A stretch of DNA of 57,961 bases from NCBI GenBank assembly GCA_023143145.1, contig JAGLID010000066.1:1-57961 (forward strand), in the 5' to 3' direction. Positions within the stretch are counted from its first letter, which is position 1, and each line of letters begins with the position of its first letter. This stretch comes from Minisyncoccota bacterium. Its GTDB lineage: Bacteria; Patescibacteriota; Minisyncoccia; JAHIHE01; JAGLIN01. The position numbers and the translations under genes are program-made. Under the pieces are notes generated by a model, which saw only the letters and a program-made list of their open reading frames with translations, did not search any database and had not been told where the DNA came from. Of this stretch, positions 20,186 to 29,301 are shown in pieces.

Positions 20186-22234
20186 TCAAGCACTATCAAA
20201 TTTTTTTATCTCTCCTATACTACCATCAATTTGAACATTGTCACCAATCTTTATCTTGCTATTAGCTATTACAAAACCAACCACCATTGGGATTTTCTTT
20301 TCACGAGCCATAATTGCAAGATGCGATAATAAGCCTCCATTATTTGAAACTATTCCAAAAATTCTATCAAAGTATATTGTTAAGTCAGGTGATAATGTTT
20401 CTGTATACAATACAGCTTTCTTGTCTCCTACTGACCAATTCTGAATCATTTCTTGAGTTTTAAGAATACCTTCTGCTAACCCAGACGAAACTCCCAATGT
20501 TTCGCATTTTTTATCCAATACAGACGATACAATACTACTAGTAAAATTATAATAATTATATGACTCATAGTCAATCTTATTCTTGATGCAGTTACTTTCA
20601 CTAATTTTATTATTTAATATATTCTCAAAATTATCATAATATATATTTTTATTATTATTAAATCTGCTTTCTTCTGCAAGTTCTAATAGCAATTTTCTAA
20701 TTACATTAATATTTTTTACCGTTAACCATCTTCCTAACTCTCTTAAGCGATTATAAATAATTGCTTCTGTTATTTTTCCTTGAAACATTTTTCTCTTTAG
20801 TTCAGAATTTTTCTGCCACCAACTTTTTAATGTCTCACTTTCTTTACTGCTATTGGTTTGACCTGTATTAAAAACGGATTCATCTGAAATATCAAGTGAA
20901 TTACCAAGTAAACCGCTTAGACGTTCTACGCTATATTTATTCAAATCAACAAATAAAGATTGTCCGTCAATAATTTCTGAAAAATTTATCGACTCATTTT
21001 TCAAAATTAAATTTATCTTTTTGATTGATAAACCAGACAATAAATTAATCTCAAAAATCAATTCATAATCCTTTAAAAATTTTCCAATAGCAGATTCCAA
21101 GTCTGTTTTATTTTGCTTCTCTTCGATTTTTGTTTTTAATTCACTAAATAATTTTTCGTATTTAGAAGTTTTTATTTTATTAAGAAAAACAAAGTTTTTA
21201 ATGGTGCGAGAGATTTTTGATAACCTAGAGAATCGAGGAGAAAAGGTTTTACTATAATAACTATATGCTGGTAATAACCCTTTGATTTCTTTTTCTTTAT
21301 CAACATATAATTCATTACCGATAATTTTTAAAAAATTAGTATATTCATAATCAACGCCATATTTTTTATAAACCTTGTCGATTGGACCATTTTTTTCATA
21401 AAGGCACTGCAATATGTCAAAAGTAATAGTCACTGGCCTTGGAGTAATCTCTGAAATTTCCGTCTTCTCAAAAAAATAGTTCTCTTTCTCCGACAAAAAC
21501 TTTTCCAAAAAAATAATTTCTTTATATTGTTTATCAGAAATAGTTGTAATTGGTCTGGTTTGTAATATATAAAATTTATTATTCTGAATACACCATTCAA
21601 TGTCTTGCGGAAAAATATTCTTATCTTCTAAATCTTTAAATTTCTCGACAATTTGATTTTTAAAAAATGCTTGTGGTAATTTTTTTGGAAGTAGATTGTG
21701 CCAATATAATGAAATTTTTTGAGGTTTAATTTCTCCGCTAACTATTTTTTCTCCTTCACAAAATCCATACTCAATAATCATTTCTCGATTTCCGTTTGGA
21801 TTTCTTGTAAAAGTAACTCCCGCGATGTCAGGAGAAATATATTCTTGTACAATTATTGAAAACTTTTCAAGTTCACCATTGAGATAAATTCCTGCTTGTT
21901 TCAAAACATCATAAATATTTTCATTTAAATCTTTTCCATCAACATTTGTTTTTGTTAAAAACTGACCAGCAAAAGATTCATCTTTTTTATCTTCAATTAA
22001 TGCGCTTGACCTTACGGCATATTTTTTGCAAGGAAGTATTTTGACTATCTCACCAGCAATCTTCTCTCTAGTAACATCATTAGCTAACATGTTTTTTGAA
22101 ATTGAAGAAGGCAAGGCAATAAATTTCGGAACATTAAAACCAAAATCAACACATTTCTTTAAACTATGTGTTTTATTACCCAAAACATTTTGATATTTAT
22201 CAATTTCCTGAAACTGAATAATGTTATTTTGCAT
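20186..22234 (-). CDS. PEP-utilising-enzyme family phosphotransferase (PPDK_N ATP-grasp-like domain plus C-terminal phosphohistidine swivel domain)
   Basis: VRSSALIEDKKDESFAGQF (PEP/pyruvate-binding N-domain) and GGLLSHLAIMAREKKIPMVVG (mobile His domain). The architecture resembles PpsA-like and rifampin-phosphotransferase-like enzymes. Confidence 0.75.
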   Translation of the reverse strand: MQNNIIQFQEIDKYQNVLGNKTHSLKKCVDFGFNVPKFIALPSSISKNMLANDVTREKIAGEIVKILPCKKYAVRSSALIEDKKDESFAGQFLTKTNVDGKDLNENIYDVLKQAGIYLNGELEKFSIIVQEYISPDIAGVTFTRNPNGNREMIIEYGFCEGEKIVSGEIKPQKISLYWHNLLPKKLPQAFFKNQIVEKFKDLEDKNIFPQDIEWCIQNNKFYILQTRPITTISDKQYKEIIFLEKFLSEKENYFFEKTEISEITPRPVTITFDILQCLYEKNGPIDKVYKKYGVDYEYTNFLKIIGNELYVDKEKEIKGLLPAYSYYSKTFSPRFSRLSKISRTIKNFVFLNKIKTSKYEKLFSELKTKIEEKQNKTDLESAIGKFLKDYELIFEINLLSGLSIKKINLILKNESINFSEIIDGQSLFVDLNKYSVERLSGLLGNSLDISDESVFNTGQTNSSKESETLKSWWQKNSELKRKMFQGKITEAIIYNRLRELGRWLTVKNINVIRKLLLELAEESRFNNNKNIYYDNFENILNNKISESNCIKNKIDYESYNYYNFTSSIVSSVLDKKCETLGVSSGLAEGILKTQEMIQNWSVGDKKAVLYTETLSPDLTIYFDRIFGIVSNNGGLLSHLAIMAREKKIPMVVGFVIANSKIKIGDNVQIDGSIGEIKKFDSA

Positions 22235-23879
22235 ATTCCCATGGTTTATTATATCGTCCTAGAAATTGATGACCTCGACGCTCCAATTCAACCCCAGTTA
22301 TTTTAGCATCAAAACAATTTACATATCCGTCGCAAACAGTAATAACTTTGCTATTTTCTGGAACTTGTTTAAAAACATTTTCAAGATTAATCATCGCAGT
22401 ATACATTATCGGAATATTTAAGCTGCCTGCAATATGTGATTGCTTAAATTTATACGGCTCTCTCGTGTCAACAAGAATCACTCCTTCTTGAACTTTTTTC
22501 TTGACATCGTCGGTATCAAAAACAATTTTATATCTAGAATTATTATATTTCTCAGCAAATTTAATATTTCCAACCCATTTCCCACCAAATTCAACCCAAC
22601 CATTTGCACCTTCTTCTAAATATATAGCTACAATCTTTTTCGTACGCAAAAATTCTGCCACTTCTTTTCCTCTTATTCCGGACCAACAAATTACATACAC
22701 AACTTTATCCACGGGTAATTCAAGCCATTTACCAGCTTTCAAATCAGCAAAACGAATATGCCAACTTTCAGGGAAATATCCATTTTCATATTCAATGTCC
22801 TCTCTAGCATCTAAAACAATATAATCACCAAAATCACTATCTACCACCGCTTGAAATTCTTTACTTGTTATAGTAATATTTATATTACTATTCTTGTTAA
22901 AGAAATCATATTCTTCTAAAATCTTATCTTCATTCATAGAAACCTTTTCACCCTCAACTTCTCCTTGAGCTAAAATTTTAACTTCAGATTTTTCAACTTT
23001 CACTGGAATTTCATTTTGTAAATCTAATGTCATCAAAACTCCATACCTTATAAAATAATTTCCTTCATATATAGTAAACTCAATTGATGATATTTTTGCG
23101 TCTATTCTTATGAGCTTATCAAGAGTTATTTTTGTTGTTGAAAGATACCAATTTTGAAATGTGTTATAATCAACTGATTTTTTCGACATTTCATAGGCGC
23201 TCTCAAGACTTCCTTTGGCGATATTTTCATAATACTCACTTATAAATTTTGCAGAATCATCTTTTATTTCTACGTTTGAAACAAATTTGTTTTGTGAGGT
23301 ATCAATATTTTGATTATTCTCTCCTCCAATATTTAATTGATTATTCTCGTCTTCATTTCCAAATTCTTCACCGATTTTTCCAGCACCATTCGGATTATAA
23401 CCATTTTGTACTTCATCACCGTCCTTAAAAGAATCACCGTCAGTATCTGGATTTTCAGGATCCGTACCATAAGAATTAATTTCCTCCATGTCTGTTAATC
23501 CATCATTATCAGAATCTAATAAATAATCTTGCATAATATTATACTGCTCACTCTCCTCAAGCCATATTTGATATTCTGCCTTTTGTTTTTGAATTGAGTA
23601 ATAATATGATAATCCGAAAGAAAAAGTGACAACTGAAAAAATAGTCACAATTAACACAATCTTCCTATTTTTGATTGCATAATATTTTGTTTTAAAAAAC
23701 TGAGAAAATGCTCCGAGGATTGCAGTAAATGTTAATAATATGATGGAAAAGAATTGAACTATTTGTACACCAATATTAAATATAAAATCTGGCGGAATGA
23801 CAGCATGCGCTGATTGAGGATGAATTAAAAAAAACCCACAAAATAAAAATAATGACAACTTTATAATGTTTTTGTTCAT
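22224..23879 (-). CDS. Membrane protein with thrombospondin-type-3 Ca-binding repeats and two rhodanese domains
   Basis: Signal plus TM segments. DSDNDGLTDMEE..GTDPENPDTDGDSFKDGDE (DxDxDG repeats). Rhodanese loop VICWSGIRGKEV (CX4R) and a second, degenerate rhodanese (VITVCDGYVN). Overlaps the next gene by 11 nt. Confidence 0.7.
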   Translation of the reverse strand: MNKNIIKLSLFLFCGFFLIHPQSAHAVIPPDFIFNIGVQIVQFFSIILLTFTAILGAFSQFFKTKYYAIKNRKIVLIVTIFSVVTFSFGLSYYYSIQKQKAEYQIWLEESEQYNIMQDYLLDSDNDGLTDMEEINSYGTDPENPDTDGDSFKDGDEVQNGYNPNGAGKIGEEFGNEDENNQLNIGGENNQNIDTSQNKFVSNVEIKDDSAKFISEYYENIAKGSLESAYEMSKKSVDYNTFQNWYLSTTKITLDKLIRIDAKISSIEFTIYEGNYFIRYGVLMTLDLQNEIPVKVEKSEVKILAQGEVEGEKVSMNEDKILEEYDFFNKNSNINITITSKEFQAVVDSDFGDYIVLDAREDIEYENGYFPESWHIRFADLKAGKWLELPVDKVVYVICWSGIRGKEVAEFLRTKKIVAIYLEEGANGWVEFGGKWVGNIKFAEKYNNSRYKIVFDTDDVKKKVQEGVILVDTREPYKFKQSHIAGSLNIPIMYTAMINLENVFKQVPENSKVITVCDGYVNCFDAKITGVELERRGHQFLGRYNKPWEYAK

Positions 23880-23980
23880 AATTTAGCTATTTTGCTATTT
23901 TTTATATCTTAATAATAACAGATATTTTGCAATTTACAAACAAAGAATATAGAATAGAGTAGAGTAGAACAGATAAATTT

Positions 23981-24087
23981 GTCATATTGAATTTGTTTCA
24001 AAATCTATTGTCTGCAACTGATAGCATTATAAAATAAACAAAATATAACTCTACCACTGATGGATTCTGAAACAAATTCAATATGAC
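23981..24087. repeat. 107-bp element bounded by 25-bp terminal inverted repeats (MITE-like or long hairpin)
   Basis: gtcatattgaatttgtttcaaaatc (23981-24005) matches the reverse complement of gattctgaaacaaattcaatatgac (24063-24087) at 24 of 25 positions. Each arm is itself a copy of the dispersed hairpin repeat family. Confidence 0.7.
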
Positions 24088-24245
24088 AGCTGATAATAAT
24101 TAAATAAATAGTTCCATGAAAACAAAATGTAAATTGCGATTAGCTACAATTATTTTTTTGTTATTAACCATTGCAATAATGAAATTTATTTTGTCTGACT
24201 TATAATTTTTCAAAACAAAAAAAATAAGAAGACTACAATGAACCT

Positions 24246-24440
24246 TTATATATATCTAAAATCATTCCATACTATGCATGTATCATTTATAAACCAGACT
24301 GTAGACATGCATGCAAGTGCAATTAATAATATTGCTCCTACTACATCTATATATCCAATAGACAGGGCTATGGAAATAGATTTAATGAAAATACACAAAA
24401 TAATTAATATGCCATTTATAAATTTCAGCACTATTCTCAC
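24246..24440 (-). CDS. Possible small two-TM membrane protein
   Basis: Hydrophobic 64 aa ORF directly downstream of ruvA on the same strand, with GAGGTG adjacent to GTG starts. No homology recognised. An antisense ORF of similar length also exists. Confidence 0.3.
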   Translation of the reverse strand: MRIVLKFINGILIILCIFIKSISIALSIGYIDVVGAILLIALACMSTVWFINDTCIVWNDFRYI

Positions 24441-24480
24441 CTCAATAATATCCTATTGTTTTAAATAATTTAGTCAACAA

Positions 24481-25059
24481 TTATTTTTTTCCTATCTCCT
24501 TTAAAGCCATCTTAATTCTTTCACTGACATCTTTAATTTCAGCTGGAATATTAACTAGCGCTTTCTTGGCTTGTTGAGAACTATATCCCAAACCAATTAA
24601 CGCTTCAACAACATCCGTATGATCGTTTATTTCTTTGCTCTTTTCCTGCAACATATCATCACTGTCCAGATTGGAAAACTTATTGCGAAGTTCTAAAACA
24701 ACTCTTTCTGCAGTTTTTTTGCCAATTCCAGAAACACGAGTCAGGATACTTGAATCACCCTTAGCGATTGCGACTTTGATAGTTTCAGGATCAGCCAAAG
24801 ACAAAATTCCAAGACCAGCCTTGGGACCAATTCCTGAAATTGAAATTAAATGCTCAAAAAGATCAAGCTCTTTGTAGCTTGCAAAACCATATAAATTCAA
24901 AGCATCTTCTTTGACATTCAGGTAAGTAAAAAACTCCACTTCATCATTAATCTTGTCTTCACAAGATAATATAAAAACCTTATATCCAATACCACTGCAT
25001 AGCAATATGATAAATTTTTCATTTTTAAAAATGATTTTTCCCTTTAAATAAGCAATCAT
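24481..25059 (-). CDS. ruvA: Holliday junction branch migration complex subunit RuvA
   Basis: MIAYLKGKI start, two HhH motifs (ISGIGPKAGLGIL and VSGIGKKTAERVVLEL) and a C-terminal LIGLGYS domain. Confidence 0.9.
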   Translation of the reverse strand: MIAYLKGKIIFKNEKFIILLCSGIGYKVFILSCEDKINDEVEFFTYLNVKEDALNLYGFASYKELDLFEHLISISGIGPKAGLGILSLADPETIKVAIAKGDSSILTRVSGIGKKTAERVVLELRNKFSNLDSDDMLQEKSKEINDHTDVVEALIGLGYSSQQAKKALVNIPAEIKDVSERIKMALKEIGKK

Positions 25060-25222
25060 AGAACACTATTAAGAAATTAATATTCTGACAAATTCTTATA
25101 TACCTAGCTCGCATACGAAGTTGCCTATGTATTACGGTACTTATATAGTAATATCATTTGACAATTCTTGCAAATTGTAATAATATTCCTATATTGAATA
25201 ATAATTTTAATTTATACTAATT

Positions 25223-25543
25223 ATGCCAAATACGATATCAGCAAAGAAAGCTCTGAGACAAAACGAGAGAAGAAGAAAAATCAATATCAGAACTAAAAAT
25301 AAGATGAAAAAAGACTTGAAGAGCTTTAATGAGCTCATAAAATCACTTGAGAAACAAGCTGACAAAATTACCGATAGCAATATTGAGGAGATTCAAAAAA
25401 TATTGCAACAAGCTTATAAGAACATTGACAAAACCGCTAAAAAGGGACTTATCAAGAAAAATAATGCTTCTAGGAAAAAATCTGGTTTAGCAAAGAAAGT
25501 AAATTCTTTACAAAAAAAGACTGCTTCTAAGAAAAAGAAATAA
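25223..25543 (+). CDS. rpsT: 30S ribosomal protein S20
   Basis: MPNTISAKKALRQNERRRKINIRTKNKMK is the canonical bS20 N-terminus. The protein is lysine-rich throughout. Confidence 0.9.
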   Translation: MPNTISAKKALRQNERRRKINIRTKNKMKKDLKSFNELIKSLEKQADKITDSNIEEIQKILQQAYKNIDKTAKKGLIKKNNASRKKSGLAKKVNSLQKKTASKKKK

Positions 25544-25626
25544 ATATACACCCATATATTTATTAAAACAAAAGAACGAGATCGAGAACAGGAAAACAAA
25601 AAACCGAGAAATAGACCAAAGCAAAT

Positions 25627-25652
25627 CACCCCTCAACGGGGTGTTTTGTTTT
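25627..25652. terminator. Intrinsic terminator after rpsT (bidirectional with convergent holA)
   Basis: cacccc-tcaac-ggggtg GC stem followed by ttttgtttt. Confidence 0.6.
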
Positions 25653-25683
25653 GCTAATATTTTTATAATTTTTATTTATAAGC

Positions 25684-26781
25684 CTATACCATCGAAACAA
25701 CCAATAGGTCAAGAGCGAGATTTGGATTTATTTTCCCTGTCTTGATTGCCAAATCTGCATCAAAAAGTTTTTTGTAAATTAGCTTCAGATTTTCTAGATT
25801 AAAATTGCGACACTGCTGAACACTTTTTTGTACCACGAAAGGATGCAATTTTGTTTGAGATACAATCTCCTGTTCTGGAAAACCTTGCTCCAACAAACTT
25901 TTGATTTTAATTAAGTTTCGAAACTGATAAGCAAGCATAGTTAGAATATAATTTTCATTCAACCCTTCTTCAATCTGCTTATTCAGAATTATCACAGCTT
26001 TCGCTCGATTTTTTGCTCCAATACTATCAATCAAATTAAAGACATTCATGTCAACTTTTGATTTTACCAAAAGAGCGACATCGTTAACGTCAATTTCATT
26101 TTCAGCACAATAGCTAATCAATTTTTCAATTTCGTTACTTGCTTCCCATAAGTTATAAGACCGATTAATTTTTCCACTCTTATCCTTTTGAGCAAACCCT
26201 CTCCCCAATGACACTGCCAAAAGATTTATAGCCTCGCAATTGATTCTTCCTTTTTGTTTTTCAACGCGATTTTTTATCCAATTATCAAATTGAAAAGTTA
26301 AAGGCATTGTAAATTCTTTCATTGTCGCTACGCCTGATTTTTCCATTTTTACCAATGCCTTGTAAACCTTTTTTCTTTTATCTAAATTTTCTTCTAGAAA
26401 GAAAATCTTTATCCCATCTTGAACATTGTCTAAATATTGTAAAATTAATCCATCTTTTCCATCACTTGATTTTTCTTCATCATCACTCGATTTCTCTCCT
26501 TGTTTTTTTGCAGAAGAAAACAAGCTGTTTTTAATGATTACCAACTTATCGCTGCTAAATAGCGATGCTCCCATTAAAGCATCTTGAAGTTTGGAAATCT
26601 TTTCTCCTTGCGAAAGACTTTGATCTTTCCAATCAATTGTATTGATATTCATTTCATCACCTTGTTTTTTGAAAAGCTCCTTTTCTTTTTTCATTTCCTC
26701 GGCCATAGAAAAATCATCATCACCGTGGTAGAGATTTACATTTTTACTATTAGTCATATATTTAGCATTAGCATGCAACAT
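25684..26781 (-). CDS. holA: DNA polymerase III subunit delta
   Basis: Length and pattern fit: VNLYHGDDDFSM near the N-terminus, LVIIKN, a helical C-terminal domain and LKLIYKKLFDADLAIKTG. Confidence 0.75.
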   Translation of the reverse strand: MLHANAKYMTNSKNVNLYHGDDDFSMAEEMKKEKELFKKQGDEMNINTIDWKDQSLSQGEKISKLQDALMGASLFSSDKLVIIKNSLFSSAKKQGEKSSDDEEKSSDGKDGLILQYLDNVQDGIKIFFLEENLDKRKKVYKALVKMEKSGVATMKEFTMPLTFQFDNWIKNRVEKQKGRINCEAINLLAVSLGRGFAQKDKSGKINRSYNLWEASNEIEKLISYCAENEIDVNDVALLVKSKVDMNVFNLIDSIGAKNRAKAVIILNKQIEEGLNENYILTMLAYQFRNLIKIKSLLEQGFPEQEIVSQTKLHPFVVQKSVQQCRNFNLENLKLIYKKLFDADLAIKTGKINPNLALDLLVVSMV

Positions 26782-26812
26782 TTAATATTTATCAACTGTT
26801 CAATCTACATTT

Positions 26813-27904
26813 TTATTCGACAACCCATTCCACTTCCTGATTTATTTGAACAACTTGAATCCAAATCCTTCCAGGGACAAACTTGATTTCCTCGCCGGCC
26901 TCATTGAAAAAGAATAATTTCGATTTCATATCGTTTTTATCTTTACTCCATTTTCCTTTAATCTCCCATCCATTTTGATAGACAATCGCCTCACCTTCCC
27001 CTTCAATATCCATATCATTATATTGATCTTCAATTTGCCGAGATGCGGCAAATATAATCACCACATTTTTCGCACTGATTTGTTCTGAAGTTAATTTATC
27101 TTCGTCAGTCTTATTTCCCCTGACTCGCATGTAGAGGTTTTTTTCAAAATCATAATTATAATCAACCTTATAAGAAGATGGATATCCAACGCTAATTTTT
27201 CCATTTTTATCGATTGGGCTTTCCTCTTCATAGAAACTATATCCTTCAAAATTACTTTCTATTCTATATCCAACACGCTCAGAATATTCTCGTAATTTTT
27301 CGATTGTTGTAAATCCATCATGCGGAGCTGAAATTCCTGGTTTTCTGAAAAATACACTACCGTCAAGATATAGAGCATTGATATTGTCCATGATTTTATT
27401 GTTCAACTTATTGAGAGCAAAATGCGAACCACCCCAATGAGCATAAATTGCATCAAAACCCATCGCCAGAGGGATAAAATCATGTCTTGCACTTCTAATA
27501 CTTCCAATCTCTGCCGGCTCACTGCAAGCATAAAGTGCCATATAACGTGTAATTCCATTTGTCATAACTGGCATTTCAATTACTAAATCTGCCTGTGAAA
27601 TCCCACTTAAGGGCCATGCCTCCCAATCTCCAGCTTGCATAACCGCGAAAGGTCTTGCTTTTGAATTCTCACACTCAACACCACTAATTAAATTTGCTTC
27701 CTTTTCCTCTTCGTCTAGTTTTTCCTCTTTATCACCATTATCAGCATTTATCACAACTCCTTCTTGGTTTTCATTCTCAATCGTAATCGTTCGACTTCCA
27801 GTCCATCGGTTTAATGTGCAAAAAAATATTGTTACTAAAATTAAAGCGCCAATCGCAATAATTATATTTTTTTTTTGTTTCTTATCTAATTGTACTGTTA
27901 TCAT
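26813..27904 (-). CDS. DUF3048-domain secreted/anchored protein (YerB-like)
   Basis: TM anchor IIIAIGALILVTIFF, then RPFAVMQAGDWEAWPLSGISQADLVIEMPV..GITRYMALY and SARHDF, characteristic of DUF3048. Confidence 0.8.
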   Translation of the reverse strand: MITVQLDKKQKKNIIIAIGALILVTIFFCTLNRWTGSRTITIENENQEGVVINADNGDKEEKLDEEEKEANLISGVECENSKARPFAVMQAGDWEAWPLSGISQADLVIEMPVMTNGITRYMALYACSEPAEIGSIRSARHDFIPLAMGFDAIYAHWGGSHFALNKLNNKIMDNINALYLDGSVFFRKPGISAPHDGFTTIEKLREYSERVGYRIESNFEGYSFYEEESPIDKNGKISVGYPSSYKVDYNYDFEKNLYMRVRGNKTDEDKLTSEQISAKNVVIIFAASRQIEDQYNDMDIEGEGEAIVYQNGWEIKGKWSKDKNDMKSKLFFFNEAGEEIKFVPGRIWIQVVQINQEVEWVVE

Positions 27905-28226
27905 ATTTTTTGATTTTTATTGTTTTAATGTTTCAATCCTTTATATTCGATAGTCACAGAGCTTCTCGTCATCATCCTAAACAGTAATGAAAAGTCCCGA
28001 ATTTAGTCTCACATTGTAAAAATAATTACATGCCTAGACTCAGAATTTAAAAGCTTGTACCGTACTTAATACGGTATCATCCTTCCTCAGAGTGACATTC
28101 TATATCTTCATTATATAATATTACTCAAACAAAAACAAACTATTAGAAAAAATAATTTGTTTTAATAATTATCACAAAAAAATACTCTTTAAACATACGA
28201 TATATGGCATATAGAATTATCAAATC

Positions 28227-28253
28227 AAAAAAGACATAATAAATGTCTTTTTT
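28227..28253. terminator. Bidirectional terminator-like hairpin
   Basis: aaaaaagacat-aataa-atgtctttttt. Confidence 0.5.
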
Positions 28254-28274
28254 AAAATTTCCTACGAATATCTA

Positions 28275-28588
28275 TTACTCTGATTTTTTAAGGCTTTCTC
28301 GAAATTCCTCCCTCCCTTTATTTACTCTCTCTCCATAATCAAAATTTTCCCAATCCAAATCAGCTACTCTCTCGGAATCATTTTCAAATATTTTTAGCAA
28401 TTCATAATGCTCATACGGTATATTTCTCTCTTTTAAAATTGCCTGGATTATACGAATATTTTTTCTTGTTCACTAAATATCTCTTCCTGCTCTAAGTTAT
28501 TATAATATTCATACATATCCTCAAGACCAACCTCCTTCGCAACTTCTATTGCACTTTTATTTATAGGTTGTTCAAGGCTTTGTTTCAT
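28275..28588 (-). pseudogene. Small (~104 aa) hypothetical gene split by a homopolymer frameshift
   Basis: MKQSLEQPINKSAIEVAKEVGLEDMYEYYNNLEQEEIFSEQEK... stops after 47 codons. The +1 frame continues NIRIIQAILKERNIPYEHYELLKIFENDSERVADLDWENFDYGERVNKGREEFRESLKKSE*. The shift maps to an A6/T6 run at ~28459-28464. Confidence 0.4.
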
Positions 28589-28701
28589 ATTTTTGTTCCT
28601 TCATCAAATTGTGACTACTCTACACTATTTGCTTAACGTGGGAACAAATTTCAAGCCCGTTCTCGCACTTAGAAATTTTGACTGCTTACTGTTTTCCAAT
28701 A

Positions 28702-29166
28702 TTATTTTAAACCAAACTGTTCATCTAATGGTAGGTGAGAAAAGTATGTTCGCACACTAAAATCAGAAACCATAAGCTCAATCATTTCAAAATCTGGGCG
28801 TGCAATCAACTTAAAATTATTTTGTGAAAGATATTTATCCTTAAAAATATGATAATCGCCTACCGTGAAATCGGCATCACCGCGTTCTGGCTTGGTAATA
28901 TCAGGTTGCCTGATTTTCAACAATTTTAGCGGACCAGAAACTGTATTAATCGGATTAATCTGATAGAGTGGACCAGACGGTGTTTTCTCAACAACTCTAC
29001 CAATTTGCTCAGCATATTTTTTCAATTCGCAAAATTCATCATCACTTTGAGAAAAAATACAAGCGTAATTTACTAGAGCATTAACTTCGTCAGTATACTT
29101 ATTTTTTAACTCGCACGATTCCTGAACTATATCAGCAACCAGATTGTTTATATTAATTTCACTCAT
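28702..29166 (-). CDS. Conserved hypothetical protein (start taken at MSEININN)
   Basis: The track ORF extends to 29229, but its first 21 codons overlap a copy of the intergenic hairpin repeat (29225-29249), so the internal ATG at 29166 is more plausible. No confident domain call. Confidence 0.5.
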   Translation of the reverse strand: MSEININNLVADIVQESCELKNKYTDEVNALVNYACIFSQSDDEFCELKKYAEQIGRVVEKTPSGPLYQINPINTVSGPLKLLKIRQPDITKPERGDADFTVGDYHIFKDKYLSQNNFKLIARPDFEMIELMVSDFSVRTYFSHLPLDEQFGLK

Positions 29167-29224
29167 AAATATATTTTTTGAAATAAAATGACTGACAAAA
29201 ATTTCTTTAACACCCGTACTATCC

Positions 29225-29249
29225 GTCATTCTGAATTTAGTTCAGAATC
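29225..29249. repeat. Type copy of the dispersed palindromic repeat (gtcattctgaatttagttcagaatc)
   Basis: attctgaa-tttag-ttcagaat is a perfect 8-bp hairpin. Related copies are listed in the findings. Confidence 0.7.
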
Positions 29250-29301
29250 TTTCATATATTAAAGAAAATATTTTCTGAAAACATTATATAACTCCAACTT
29301 C

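Noticed and set aside
24116-24205. 29-aa hydrophobic ORF (MKTKCKLRLATIIFLLLTIAIMKFILSDL) next to the inverted-repeat element
   Set aside because: No ribosome-binding site, and it is very short. Hydrophobic mini-ORFs arise easily in T-rich sequence.
27975-27995. gaaaagtccc resembling the RNase P RNA P4 motif (GAGGAAAGUCC)
   Set aside because: No other RNase P conserved regions follow, and the free space of about 350 nt is occupied by copies of the dispersed hairpin repeat.
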